This document shows positions 30,050 to 44,534 of a stretch of 64,000 nt of DNA, one piece after another. How positions within the stretch are numbered: the stretch's first letter is position 1; each line of letters starts with the position of its first letter. The DNA comes from the human T2T-CHM13v2.0 reference genome, Homo sapiens: the NCBI RefSeq assembly GCF_009914755.1, contig NC_060941.1. One strand, given 5' to 3'. Position numbers and translations under genes: made by a program. Below the pieces are notes generated by a model. The model did not search any database. It was not told the origin of the DNA and worked only from the letters and a program-made list of their open reading frames with translations.

Positions 30050-30910
30050 TTAACTTTATTATTTTATTGAGGAATAATTTACGTGTAACAAAACGTCCCA
30101 TTTTAAATGTACAGTTGGTGAGTTGCAACAAATATATACTCATATATAACCACCACTACAATCAAGATAGCAAACATTTCTATCACCCCCCAAGATTACC
30201 CTTGTGCCTCTTTGCAATCAACCCCACCCCGTCCTTTGCGTCAGGCAACTATTTATCTGCTTTATGACATTTACGTTAGTACAGTGTCATCTACAACACA
30301 GCATTTGCAAATTATGACCCACAAGTTTTTTTAGTAAAGGTCTAAAGATAAAAATATTTTTTACATGTTTAAATGATTTTTCAAGAAGAATATTTTATGA
30401 TAGATAAAATGCTTATGAAATTAAAATCTCCGTGTTCACAAATAAGGTTTGATTGTTACAGTCACACTCCTTCCTTATATATTGATTGTGGCTGTTTTTG
30501 AGCTGCAGTGACAGAGTTAAGCGGTTGAAACAAAGACAATATGGCCTGAAAAGCTGAAAATACTTACTATTCGGTCTTCTTACAGAAAATTGAATTAAAC
30601 AGTGTACGATCTTTTCAATCTGGCTTCTTCGCTCACTGTAAGCTTTTGAAATTCATCTATACTGTTGCATGTAATAGCAAGTGGGCCTTTTTACCGCTGA
30701 GTAGTATTCCATTAAATATACCACAATTTGTTTCCTTACTGCCATACTCACATACATATGAGTTGTTTCCAGTTTGGGGCTGTCATAAATGACGCTGTGT
30801 TAAAATTCTTACACAAGTCATTTTGTGTTCATATGTTTTCATTTCTCTTGGTGAAGTAGCTAGGAGTAGACTTGTTGAGTCACATACTAAGGGTATGCTA
30901 ATGTGATAAG
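30050..30910 (-). mobile_element. Old L1M 3' end with a nested MER58B-like DNA transposon (~30298-30590)
   Basis: tttattgaggaataatttac...gctgagtagtattccatt...gtttccagtttggggct. The insert ends in aaaatacttactattcggtcttcttacagaaaa (MER58-like). Confidence 0.7.
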
Positions 30911-31329
30911 AAACAACTGTGAATTAGACTTGCAGTTGCTCCATGCCTTTGCCATTCCAAAGACTGGCAAGAATTTGAAATTTGTATTCTTAGGGATTAA
31001 AATGCCAAGTATCTTTAAGCAAAAAACACACAATCTAACTTGAGTATTTATATTGCTCTATTTTTGTTAACATGTCTTTCTTAAAAATAAATTCTACTGT
31101 GTATATTTAAGGTGTGCCACATGATGTTATGGGATACATAGAGATAGTAAAGAGGTTACTACAGTGAAGAAATGAGCATCCATCACTGTTAATTACACTC
31201 ATGTTTCTACCTCTCTTACCTCTTGTTTTCAGAAAATAATATTGTCTTTGGATTTCTACTTAATACTCTATGCCTTTTATAGAAGACTAAAATATATCTT
31301 ATTTTTAAATTCTGGTGATGATAAAGCAG

Positions 31330-31530
31330 AACTGGATCACACACATTTTTTTGTAAGGGGCCAGATAGTTTAGGCTTTGCTGGCCACATATGGTTGCTGT
31401 TTAATATTCTCCTTCCTCCTCTTTTTCTTTCTTTTACAAACCTTTAAAAATGTGAAAAATACTCTTAGCTGATAGACTGTACAAAAACAGGCTATGTGCC
31501 AGATTCAGCCAATGGGTTGTAGTCTACCAT
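31330..31530 (-). mobile_element. MER58C-like hAT fragment
   Basis: tgtaagggggccagatagtttaggctttgctggccacatatgg. Confidence 0.6.
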
Positions 31531-31797
31531 TGAAACAGAATACTATTTTTTTATAATGTAACGATGCTCAGAGTTTTACCTATTGTTTCTTTAAAAATAC
31601 TGAACATGAATCAATCTGACATCATAATAAATAGCTTTCAAAGAAAGTAATCTGAGATCTGGAAAACTCTCTCTTAAGTGGATGACAGAAAGCCAGCATT
31701 ATCTCAGAACAAGCTCCTACAGCTGATTATTACATATTCAAGAATTTTGCTATCTGATTATTAAACCACTGACAGCTTGAAATGGACCACATTTTGA

Positions 31798-32146
<349 letters not shown>

Positions 32147-32640
32147 TAGAGATCAGATCTATCATCATGCCATTGGCAACACCCTTGTGAATACTAGTGC
32201 TTTGCTGTCTGTATGCACAGCCTGATGGTACCCAGACTAGCAGAAAGTTAATCCATTAATCACACTCCCCAGATACTGTGGGGGACAACCCATCCTTGTT
32301 TCCCATCATAATGTGGAACATTTATATTTTTCTCTCACCTGTAATCTAACTGGAAATTGAGAAATTCTAACCATAAATTTAAAAATGCAGTTTCTATAAC
32401 ATTCACTGAGAAGGCACAAGAAAATAGGAAATGCTTCTATATCTGAATTGCTGTATATTTCTGGTTTTATTTTTTCTGTTCATGTGCAAATGCATGTTCT
32501 AATTTTTCCTTGTATATAATTAAAATAATAAAGTTTCTCATAAATTTAGTTTAATATTTTGCACTATGTTTATAAAAATTTCAGATGACAGCTTCTTTCT
32601 GATTTTGACTTCTGTAAATTGAGTTGGATCATTGTATAGA

Positions 32641-32833
32641 TCAAGGGTCACCTGCAGGACAAATCTGATCACTGCCCAGCCATGAGCTAATGTTTTTACA
32701 TATTAAAGCATTATTTAAAAAAGAAAAAAAAAGGAAGTGGAGACAGAGAAGAAGATGCAACAACAACCATATACTCTACAAAGACTAAAATTTTAACTAT
32801 TTGGCCCGTACAGGAAGTTTGCCAATCCTTTGT
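32641..32833 (+). mobile_element. MER58C-like hAT fragment
   Basis: Ends ctaaaattttaactatttggccc...aagtttgccaatcc. Confidence 0.55.
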
Positions 32834-32893
32834 ATAGATAATCAACACAGCATTAATATTACATAATTTACTTAATATTTTGCTCACTATGAT

Positions 32894-33293
32894 TCTATTA
32901 GTCTGTTTTCACAATGCTATAAAGAACTACCTGAGCCTGGGTAATTTATGAAGAAAAGAGGTTTAATTGACACACAATTCCACAGGCTATACAGGAAGCA
33001 TGGCTGGGAGGCCTCAGGAAACTTACAATCATGGCAGAAGGTGAAGGGAAAAGCGGGCACATCTTACCATGGCAGAGTAGGAGAGAGAGAGAGAGCAAAG
33101 GGGAAAATGCTACACACTTTTAAACAACCAGATCTCATGAGAACTTTATCATGAAGCAGCAGTAGGGAGATGCTGCTAAACCATTAGAAACCACCCCCAT
33201 AATCCAATCACCTCCCACCAGGCTTCAACTTCAACACTCAGAATCACACTTCAACATGAGATTTGGGTGGGGACACAGAGCCAAACCATATCA
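32894..33293 (-). mobile_element. MSTA/B solo LTR
   Basis: tattagtctgttttcacaatgctataaagaactacctgag...ggacacagagccaaaccatatca. Confidence 0.88.
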
Positions 33294-34702
33294 ATGGTAT
33301 ACAAGATAGGGAACAAATTATCTTCCTATTTGTTCTCTTTTAAAAATGACAAAGAAATAAGAATATAGGAAAAGGAGCAACGGATTTACTGGAAATTTCC
33401 TTGTTTTCCTCTCTTTGGGACTTTTTTCTCACCCTCCCCATTTTTGTAGGTAAGAACATTAATTTAAAAACAGGAAAGAATGAGTGAAGCAGGGAGTAAT
33501 AAACTCTCCGTGTCTATCACTTCACTTTCCACCAAGCCAGCATTCCTCAAATATTCATGAGTACTCAACTTTTAAAACAGGATATGTAAATAAATTGTAC
33601 TCACAACTTGTGACAGGCTAGGTACCACAAAATTGAAATATAGTTATCTACGTAGAAATCCTGTGCTTCTGGTGTTTACATGTTCCATTCAAGATACTTT
33701 ATTGAGAACCTGCTGTACCCAAGGAACTATATTATGGGTCACCGGTCTGAAAGCAGTCTAGATACATACTTAGCTATAATAAAAAATTAAGCGTACAGTC
33801 ACACTGTGTGTAAACAATTCATTTTATTCAGGCATTCCTCCAAATGTCAATGTCTTCTCATATTTAGCACTCTACCAGTTTGCATGAAAATCTGCATTTA
33901 CAAAGGAAATATTTGACTAGGCTGTTGACAGAAAGAACCTAAGACAGAAGAGCTTCTTTAATTTTTCTCTTTTTTCTCAGCCTTTCCAAGAGAGCAAACA
34001 CCAGCTCTATTCAGGTTAGGCAGCTGTTGATGGACATCTGAGTATTGGTAATAGGAACTTCCTGGGCTGATCATAAAACTCAGGGTCTTGGTTTTGCCCT
34101 GGGTTACAAGCAGACCAAATCGAATGTATGCAACTTGTACAGTATTTGAAATATAGAGAATGAGAAGGAGATGGCAGTGGGAAGAGCAAGGAAAAGGCAA
34201 AGACCAAAGAAACACAACACAAAGCTCTGGAGGCAGAAGGGCTGGGATTGTGGTAGAGAAACTTACCAGATCATGTGAGGGTTTGCAGGCCACGTAAAGA
34301 GCAGTTTGAAAGCAGCAGAGTGTGCTTAGAAGAAACAACAAGATTTGATTCTACTTTTAAAAGTTCACACTTGGGGCTGTTAGATGGTAAATGAATGGTC
34401 ATCAGGAGGAGAAGAATTAAAAAGACCAGTTGACAGGTTATTTCAGATAGTTCAGGTAGCAAATAATATTGGCAATGGAGAAGGAGCAAGGAAACATAAT
34501 CATAATGTATTTTTGAGTTACTAATGTCAGGATTTTTGCAATGGGCTAGTGATGTTCTATTTTACTATGGAATTAAATGAGAGTTCAATAACAGCTTACA
34601 CGAGAAATTCTAGTGCTCCATGTCATTCTCCTAATCTACATTGTATATTCTTTCATGAAAAGATAATCACTTTGCTTTTATGCAAAGATATTAAATAATA
34701 AC

Positions 34703-35055
34703 TGTTGTAGACTGAATGTCTGTATCCCTCCAAAACTCATAAATTGGCATTTAATCCCCAATGTGATGGTATTTGAAGGTAGGATCTTTGGGAGGTAATT
34801 ATGTAATAAGAGTGGAATTCATACCCTTGTAAGAAGAGGCCAGAAAGTCAGCACATTCTCTTTTCATCAAGTGCATACAACCAGAAGTCAACAATCTGGA
34901 ACCTGGAAGACAGCCCTTGCCAGAATCAAACCATGCTGTTCATACAACCCTCATCTCAGACATCCAGCCTCCAGAACAGTAAGAAATAAATTTCTGTTGT
35001 GTATAAGCCATTCAGTCTCTGGTATTTTATTAAAGCAGCCAAATTGACTAATACA
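34703..35055 (+). mobile_element. MLT1A/B-like solo LTR
   Basis: tgttgtagactgaatgtc...aataaatttctgttg...gactaataca. Confidence 0.78.
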
Positions 35056-35114
35056 GTCACTCATACTTCTTCTACATAAAGTTGGTACTCAATTGATGCT
35101 TTTGTAGAGTAGAG

Positions 35115-35597
35115 ATGTGGTGGTCATGGGCATGAAATGACCAGATATTACTTCCAGGAAGACTCTGCTATAAGGAGAGTCTGTGGACAGTCTCCATCTG
35201 CCACATCTTTGGGATCTACCACAACATTCACCTCAAGACCTTTCTTTCCCTGAGCTGCTCTTAGTCAATGACGAAGCATAGAACAGGTTCTAGAGCAAGA
35301 CTATTTCGGCCCAATGTGCAACATTTGTAATGGACAACCTTTGTGTTGGGACTGCCCATCAGCCTGGCTGGCCAAGCCTTTCTCAGAGCTATGTTGTAGC
35401 CTGAGGCTCTTCCTACTCAAATCTCCTTCCTTTTCTCTCTCCTTCCACAAGCATAAGAACTGCATCACTTCTGAAGGTTCTTCCCTCCTATTCCTGTTCT
35501 CTCTCCTCTTTATCCTTTACAGGCATTTCCCCCAGTATATCCCTTGCACATCTAGTTCTATCATGACAACTGCTTCCTAGAAGACTTGAACTAATGC
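35115..35597 (+). mobile_element. LTR16-like ERVL solo LTR
   Basis: The 3' end ttgcacatctagttc...ctgcttcctagaagacttgaactaa resembles the LTR16 terminus. Confidence 0.55.
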
Positions 35598-35759
35598 TAG
35601 AGGTAATTATAAATATTAACATTAGTACTCTGCAATTTTGTGCTACTATTTCTTGGAAACAAATCAATAAAATGACAATAAAGGAAATTTTTTAATGACC
35701 AAAACACACACACACCAGAAAAAAAAAAAAAAAAAAAAAAACAGATGAAAAGATCAGAG

Positions 35760-37730
35760 TTCAGACTTTTAAGCTAGAAGGCAGATGATTGTGAATGAGT
35801 GGTCACTGGTCATGGATTTGGCATACCAGAGAGCGCTGAATCCTAAAATGACAAAGCAAGAGGTCAAAACGGCATTTTATGTACCATACAATGTTTTCAA
35901 AAATTTAGAAGTTGGCAGCATCAGTTACTTCTGGTATTAAAAGTAAAGGTGGGGAAAAAAGATTAGTTGAAAATCTAAGACAAAAGTAGAACTCCCCTGA
36001 CCCCACTGCAGGATCACCTTGGTGAGGGGTAGTGACATCTGTATGTGCAGCCAAGCAAGCTTCCATCCCCCATCCCAGCAAAAGACTAGAGATTTATGTT
36101 CTAAAAAGAGCAAAGCATAAAGGACTCCACACTGAGAAATAAGGCCCATTGATGAAGAGGTACTTCCCAACATTTTTCACCCACTTAGATTCTAGAACTG
36201 TGGAAGCCAGGAGTTCGCCATCCATATAGAAAATAGAAAGTCTCTCTTCTAGGAAACCTGACTACACCAAGAATTAAGATTTAAAATACTGTATTTGGGC
36301 TTGCACAAGGATATGACTTACAGGAAGATCACAGTAAACAAGTCCCAGACATTGGAAGGGAAAAAAATGTGGTATTGAAAACAGAGACAAAATATGCAAG
36401 TAAAAAAAAAAAAAAAAAAAGCAAGTGAATAAAAACTAAGCAAGTAGACAGGTGACTAAATGAAGAGAATTTATTATTTTCAAAGAGATAAGAAGTGTAT
36501 TTATGCAAAGAAGAAGTGAATGCTAGAGGAAAGGTATCTTTGTTGAATTAAAAAAATGCTTTTTGAAATTAAAAATACAAGAGCAGAAATTTTTGAAAAA
36601 TTCAATATAAAGTGTGAAGGATAAAGTTGAGGAGATCAGAAACAGAAAACAAATAAAATAGTAGGAATCATAGAAAGGAAATAATCACATGAAAATTTCA
36701 AAACAACATCCCCCCCCAAAAAAAAGATAGGTTTTATAGTTTTAAAATGTCCAGAGAGTCCACAGGACAATGGATGAAAGTGGATCTATTCCAAGACACA
36801 ACATTGTAAAATGTCTACTCTTGCAACTAAGATCCCATAATTTTGTAGAAAAATGGATTTTATAATAAGGTTCTGAAATCTATGATTATATTTTCTTTCA
36901 ATAGTACCTGTAGATACCAAAATACTGTAGAGAAATATCTTCAACATTGTTAGAAAAAAGTATTTCCAAAGTAAAAATTATACATCCTGCTAAATTCCCA
37001 ATTCATCGTGAAAGCAGAGTCAAGACATCTTTAGATGTATAAGGTGTCAAAACTTTACTCCTCCATACCTACTATCACAGCATCCATGCAGAAAAAATAA
37101 GACATGAATTCTGGGAAATAGGAAACCAGCTTGGAAAGATGAAGGAAATCAAGATGATGGTTAAGAGAAATCCCAGGGCAGCAGCTGTGCAGCTAATATA
37201 GAGAGCAATCCACCTTGACTAGAGTATGTTAGAAAGTTTCAGAAGACCAGGTCAGAAGGCAACAATGATAGATTATCGAACATCTATAATCTTACTGAGA
37301 AACAGACAGAGCTGAAGCAAAGTTTCAGCTTGAATTAATAATCAGTACAAAGAAATCAAAAAAGGAATAAGGCAATTATCATCAACAAAAACTTTTAAAG
37401 GAAAAATGATTATAATATACTATATGACTCAGCTGTGACTAAGGTTTTCATAGTTATAATATCATACAGAAATGAATGTTGATGTAATAACAATTACCAA
37501 ATTACTCCCTTCTAAAGAAGAGTTGATAAGATTCCTGTAGACAAGGAGTAAGGAAAAGATAGCCAACTCTCCATCTTCTATAATAGTAGTTTAAGAAATA
37601 ATTTTTAAAGCAAAGTTTTTTTAAATAGTGATATTATCAAACATTAATTAGAGATATGTACATAAATGTTGAAAGAATCTGCTGAAAAAGTTAGGAAGGA
37701 TTGCCTTGGGGAGCAGAACAGCTGTCTTCT
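35760..37730 (+). mobile_element. Old L1M 5'/ORF1 or HAL1-like fragments
   Basis: A-rich degenerate ORF1-like sequence (ggataaagttgaggagatc, ccaagacacaacattgtaaaat). Confidence 0.5.
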
Positions 37731-38138
37731 GCAACAAGACAAAAGTACAGGCAGAAAATCAACAACCCCCCCCAACACACACAATATTATTTTCTTAATA
37801 ATAATATCATCATCCCTATAATTTAATTGTCCAATCAAGTTTGCCAAAGAAACCCAGCTCTAGGACAATCTTGCTATACTATCATTAGACTAGAAACCCC
37901 AGTAATCTTGATTTTAGTTGACTAACTTTGAATGTCATGACTCATTCCAAAGAAATATTCTACACAGATAAAACTAACGTAAAATTAAAAGAAACATCAA
38001 TGAAGATTCAGATTTCAACCATAGGCTTCCAATTAAGGGAAGAAGGGACAAGGGGAGGATGAGAGGAAGTCAGTTTGGTCACTCTAACTTCTGGTAGGTA
38101 ATTGCTTATTTTCCTGAAGATTTTAATCTATGCCAAGT

Positions 38139-38449
38139 AATATATATTATATACATATTATATATATTTTATTTATATATATATTATATATAATATATAT
38201 AATATATAATATATATTATATATAATATATAATAAGTATATTATATAATATATAATATGTATATTATATATAATATATATTATATAATATATATTATATA
38301 TTATATAATATATATTATATAATATATAATTATATATATTATATATTATATATTATATAATATATAATTATATATATTATATAATATATAATATATAATA
38401 TATAATTATATATATTTATATAATTATATATTATATATATAATATATAT
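38139..38449. repeat. AT-rich (TATAA/TA)n low-complexity tract
   Basis: Almost purely A/T; directly visible. Confidence 0.95.
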
Positions 38450-41400
38450 CTCAACAGCATCAACAAAAAAGACCCCACGAAAACCCCATCCAAAGGTCAG
38501 CAGCCTCAAAGATCAAAGCTAAATAAACTCATGAAGATTAGAAAGAATCAATGAAAAAACACTGAAAACTCAAAAAGCCAGATGCTTCTTCTCCTCCAAA
38601 TGATCACAACACTTCTCCAACAAGGGCATAGAGTTGGGCAGAGGCTGAGACGGATGAATTGACAAAAGTGGGCTTTGAAGGTGGGTAATAACAAACTTTG
38701 CTGAGCTAAAAGAGCATGTTCTAACCTAATGCAAAGAACCTAAGAATCTGGATCTTCACTGATGCTTCTTTTAATTTTACATTAGTTTTATCTGTGCAGA
38801 ATATTTCTTTGGAATGAGTCATGACATTCAAAGTTAATCAACTAAAATCAAGATTACTGGGGTTTCTAGTCTAATGATAGTGTAGCATTACAGGAGCTGT
38901 CAACCAGAATAAACAGTTTAGAGAGGAATAGAAATGCCCTGATGCAGCTGAAAAACACAAGAACTTCACAATGCAACCATGAGTATCAATAACTGAATAG
39001 ATCAAGCAGAGGAGAGAATTTCAGAGCTTGAAGACTATCTTGCTGAAATAAGACAGGCAGATAAGATTATAGAAAAGAAGAATAAAAAGGACAAACAAAA
39101 CCTCTGAAAACTATGGGATTATGTAAAAAGATCAAACCCACAACTGATTGAGGTACCTGAAAGACACATGGAGAACGGAACCAAGTTAGAAGACATACCT
39201 CAAGATATCATCCAGGAGAACTTCCCCAACCCAACAAGAGAGGCCAACATTCAAATTCAGGAAATCCAGAGAATGCTAGTAAGGTACTCCATGAGAAGAT
39301 CAACCCCAAGACATAAAATCATTAGATTCTCCAAGGTCAAAATGAAGGAAAAAAAATGTTAAGGACAGCCAGAGAGAAAGACCAGGTCACCCACTAACGG
39401 AAGACCATCCTACTAACAAGCAAACCTCTCAGTGCAAACCCTATAAGCCAGAAGAGATTGGGGACCAATATTTAATATTCTTAAAGAAAACAATGTCCAA
39501 CCTAGAATTTGATATCTGGCCAAACCTAGCATCATAAGCAAAGGAGAAATAAAATCCTTCTCAGACAAGCAAATGCTGAGGAAATTTGTCACCACCAGGC
39601 CTGCCTTGCAAGAGCTCCTGAAGGAAGCTCTAAATATGAAAAGGAAAAACTGTCATCAGCCACCACAAAAACACACTGAAGTACAAAGACCAATGACACT
39701 ATGAAGCTACTACGTCAACAAGCCTGTGAAATAACTAACTAGCATCATGATGACAGGATCAAATTCACACATAACAATACTAACCTTAAATATAAATAGG
39801 CTAAATGCCCCCAATTAAAAGACACAGAATGGCAAACTGGATAGAGTCAAGACCCATCATTGTGCTGTATTCAAGAGACCCATCTCATGTGCAAAGACAC
39901 ATGTAGGCTCAAAATATAATGATGAAGTAAAATTTACCAGGCAAATGGAAAGCAGAAAAAAGTAGGGGTTGCAATCCTAGTTTCTGACAAAACAGACTTT
40001 AACCAACAAATATCAACAAGAGAAAGAAGGGCATTACTTAACAGTAAAGGGATCAATTCAACAAGAGGAGCTAACTATCCTAAATATATGTGCACCCAAT
40101 ACAGGAGCTCCTAGGTTCATAAAACAAGTTCTTAGAGACCTACAAAGAGACTTAGACTCCCATACAATAATAGCACGAGACATTAATACTCCATAGTCAA
40201 TATTAGACAGATAATTGAGACAGAAAATTAACAAGGATATTCAGGACTTGAACTCAGCTCTGAATCAAGTGTACCTGATAGGTATTTACAGAACTCTTCA
40301 CCCAAAAACAGAATATACACTCTTTTTGGTGTCATATGGCACTTACTCTAAAAGTGATCACATAATTGGAAGTAAAACACTCCTCAGCAAATGCAAAAGA
40401 ACTGAAATCAATAACAGTCTCTCAGACCACAGCACAATCAAAGTTGAACTCAAGATTAAGAAACTTGCTCAAAACCATACAACTACATGGAAATTGAACA
40501 ATCTGCTTCTGAATGACTCTTGGGTAAATAATAAAATTAAGGCAAAAATCTAGAAGTTATTTGAAACCAATGAGAACAAAGAGACAGCATACGAGAATCT
40601 CTGGGACACAGCTGGAGTAGTGTTAAGAGGGAAATTTATAGCACTAAATGCCCACATAGAAAAACTAGAAAGGTCTTAAATTGACACACTAAAGTCACAA
40701 CTATTAATAAAATAACTAGAGAACCAAGAGCAAAGAAACCCCAAAGCTAGCAGAAGACAAGAAATAACCAAGATCAGAGCAGGACTGAAGGAGACAGAGA
40801 CACAAAAACACTTCAAAAAATCAATGAATCCAGGAGGAGTTTTTTTGGAAAAATTAATAAAATCAATAGACCACTAGCTAGACTAATGACGAAAAGATAG
40901 AAGAATCAAATAGACACAATAAAAAATGATAAAGGGGATATTACCACTGACCCCACAGAAATACAGACAACCATCAGAGAATGCTATAAACACATCAATG
41001 CACATAAACTAGAAAATCTAGAAGAAATAGATAAATTCCTGGACACATACACCCTCCCAAGACTAAACCAGGAAGAAGCTGAATCCCTGAGTAGACCATT
41101 AACAAGTTCTGAAATGGAGGCCGTAATAAGTAGCAGTCTGTCAACCAAAAAAGCCCACAACCAGACAGATTTGCAGCAGAATTCTACCAGAGATACAAAG
41201 AGGAGCTGTTATCATTTCTTCTGAACTAATCCAATTGAAAAGGAGGGACATATCTCTAACTCATTTTATAAGGCCAGCATTATCATGATAGCAAAATCTG
41301 GCAGAGATACAACAAAAAAGAAAACTTCAGGCCAATATTCCTGATGAACATCAATGCAAAAAATTCGCAATAAAATACTGGCAAACTGAATCCAGCAGCA

Positions 41401-43790
41401 CATGAAAACTCTTACCCACCATGATCAAGTTGGCTTCATCCCCAGGATATAAGGCTGGTTCGACATCCACAAATCAATAAATATAATTCATCACATAAAC
41501 AGAACTAAAGACAAAAACCACATGATTATCTCAATAGACAAAGAAAAGGCCTTTGATAAAATTCTACATCCCTTCATGTTAAAAACTCAATAAACTGGAT
41601 ATTAATGGAAAATACCTCAAAATAATAAAAGCCATTTATGACAAACCCATAGCCAATATCAGACTGAATGGACAAAGGCTGGAAATATTCCCCTTGAAAA
41701 TCAGCACGAGACAAGGATGCCCTCTCTCACCACTTCACTTCAACATAGTATTGGAAGTTCTGGCTAGGGCAATCAGACAAGAGAAAGAAAGAAAGCGTAT
41801 TTGAATAGGAAGGGAGGAAGTCAAACTGTCTGTTTGCAGATGACATGATCCTATATCTAGAAAACCGTATTGTCTCAGCCCAAAAGCTTCTTAAGCTGAT
41901 AAGCAACTGCAGCAAAGTCTCAGGATACAAAGTCATTGTGCAAATATCACAAGCATTCCTGTACAACAACAATAGACAAGCAGAGAGCCAAATCATGAAT
42001 GAACTCTTATTCATAATTGCTATAAATAGAATAAAACACCTAGGAATACAGCTAACAAGGGAAGTGAAGAACCTCTTCAAGGAGAACTACAAACCACTGC
42101 TCTAGGAAATTAGAGAAAATACAAACAAATGGAAAAACATTCCATGCTCATGGATAGGAAGAATCAATATTGTGAAAATGGCCATAGTGTCCAAAATAAT
42201 TTATAGATTCAATGCTATTCCCATTAAATGACCATTGACAGTCTTCATATAATTAGAAAAAACTACTTTAAAATTCATATGCAACCAAAAAAGAGCCCTT
42301 ATATCCAAGACCATCCTAAGCAAAAAGAACAAAGCTGGAAGCATCATGCTAGTTGACTTCAAACTATACTACAAGTCTACAGTAACCAAAACAGCATGGT
42401 ACTGGTACAAAAACAAACATATAGACCAATGGAACAGAATAGAGACCTCAGAAATAAGACCACACATCTACAACCATCTGACCTTTGACAAACCTGACAA
42501 ACACAAGTAATGGGGAAAGGATTCCCTATTTAATAAATGGTACTGGGAGAACTGGCTAGCCATATGCAGAAAACTGAAACTGGGCTCCTTCCTTACACTT
42601 TATACAAAAATTAACTCGAGATAGATTAGAGACTTATATGTGAAACACAAAACAACCAAAACCCTATAATAAAATCTAGGCAATACCATTCAGGACATAA
42701 GCATGGGCAAAGACTTCATGAATAAAACACCAAAAGCAATTCCAACAAAAGCAAAAATTGACAAATGGGATCTAATTAAACTAAAGAACTTCTGCACAGC
42801 AAAATAAACTATCATCAGAATAAACAGACAACCTACAGAACGGGAGAAAATTTTTGCAATCTAACCATCTGACAAAGGTCTAATATCCAGAATCTACAAG
42901 GAATTTAAACAAATTTACAAGAAAAAAAAATAGCCCCATTAAAAAGTGGGCAAAGGACATGAACAGATACTTCTCAAAAGAAGACATTTATACAGCCAAC
43001 AAACATGTGAAAAAAACTCAACGTCACTGATTATTAGAGAAATGCAAATCAAAACCCCAATGAGATACCATTTCACACCAGTCAGAAAGGAGATTATTAA
43101 AAAGTCAAGAAACAACAGATGCTGGCGAGGATGTGGAGAAATAGAAATGCTTTTACACTGTTGGTGGTAATGTAAATTAGTTCAACCATTGTGGAAGACA
43201 ATGTGCCAATTCCTAAAGACCTAGAGCCAGAAATACCATTTGACCCAGCAATCCCATTACTGCGTATATACCCAAAGGAATACAAATCATTCTCTTTTAA
43301 AGATACATGCACTTGTATGTTAATTGCAGCACTATTCACACTAGCAAAGACATGGAATCAACCCAAATGTCCATTAATGATAGATGGGATAAAGAAAATG
43401 TGGTACATATATGTCATGGAATACTATGCAGCCATAAACAGGAACAAGATCATGTCCTTTGTAGGGACATGGATGAAGCTGGAAGCCATTATCCTCAGCA
43501 AACTAACACCAGAACAGAAAATCAAACACTGCATATTCTCACTTATAAGTCGGAGCTGAACAATGAGAACACACAGACACACGGAGGGGAATAACACACA
43601 CTGGGGCTTCTTGCGCGCAAGTGAAGGGAGGGAGAGCACCAGGATAAATAGCTAATGCATGCTGGGCTTAATACCTAGGTGATGGGTTTATAGGTGCAGC
43701 AAACCACTATGGCACATGTTTTACCTATGTAACAAATCTGCGCATCCTCCACATGTATCCCCGAACTTAAATTAAATTAAATTTGAAAAA
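38450..43790 (+). mobile_element. Near full-length inactive L1PA (about L1PA10-13 type): end of 5' UTR, ORF1, ORF2, 3' UTR
   Basis: Colinear ORF fragments (IIQENFPN, endonuclease-region [15 protein letters not shown]-region [10 protein letters not shown] from tttgcagatgacatgatc, C-terminal PFDPAIPLL) with many stops and frameshifts. 3' UTR ctaatgcatgctgggcttaatacctagg. Confidence 0.95.
38745..38887 (-). repeat. 143-bp inverted copy of 37872-38014 inserted in L1 ORF1
   Basis: The reverse complement aligns without gaps, 7 mismatches in 143 bp. Confidence 0.95.
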
Positions 43791-44235
43791 TGCTCAATGA
43801 GATAAAGCATATATAAAATATATACATATTTCATGACAAAAATCAGAAAATGGTATCTAAAATGTAGACGAAAGATCCAATAATGCTAACATAAATAAGG
43901 AAGTAATTCCCAAGGCAAGCCTGCAAAATGAAGTGCACACTGGGACCCAGGAACTGGGTGGCACTGGGAAACTGTTCCTTCTCCAATAGAATAGAACCGT
44001 GCTCCATGGAAGATATGACATCAGCCTTTTGTTATGACATCAGCCTCTGGTTTCTGAAGAGGAAGATGAGTGGAGTATGCAGCCTAGTAATTATTTTGCT
44101 GTGAATTTTCAGTGAAGATGCTCTTATCCTAAGTATTCCACTGATTAATACAGTGAGGTTTGGGGTTGAAAATAATAATGAAGAAAAAGCTCAGTTTATT
44201 CTCATTTGGCAAATTTACCAATGAAACAAAATATC

Positions 44236-44534
44236 AGGCGGGGTGCAGTGGCTCAAGCCTATCACCTCAGCAGTTTGGCAGGCCAAAGCAGATGGACTGC
44301 TTGAAGTCAGAAGTTTGAGACCAGCCTGGCCAACATGGCAGAACCCCATCTCTTTTAAAAATACAAAAATGTACCTGGATGTGGTGGCACATGCCTGTAA
44401 TCCCAGCTACTCAGGAGGCTGAGACTGGAGAATCACTTGAACCTGGGAAGCGGAGTTTGCAGTGAGCCGAGATCAAGCCACTGTACTCCAGCCTGGATGA
44501 AAGAGTGAGACTGTCTCGAAAAAAAAAAAAAAAA
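44236..44534 (+). mobile_element. Alu (AluSz/Jb-like)
   Basis: Full dimer plus poly-A. Confidence 0.9.

Noticed and set aside
39168-43639. ORFs with L1 ORF1/endonuclease/RT similarity
   Set aside because: They are fragments of one inactivated L1 with many stops and frameshifts, so it is not retrotransposition-competent.
44013-44047. Short tandem copies (tatgacatcagcct x2; similar ones at ~29742-29785 and ~51111-51160)
   Set aside because: They are ordinary micro-duplications, too short to suggest function.
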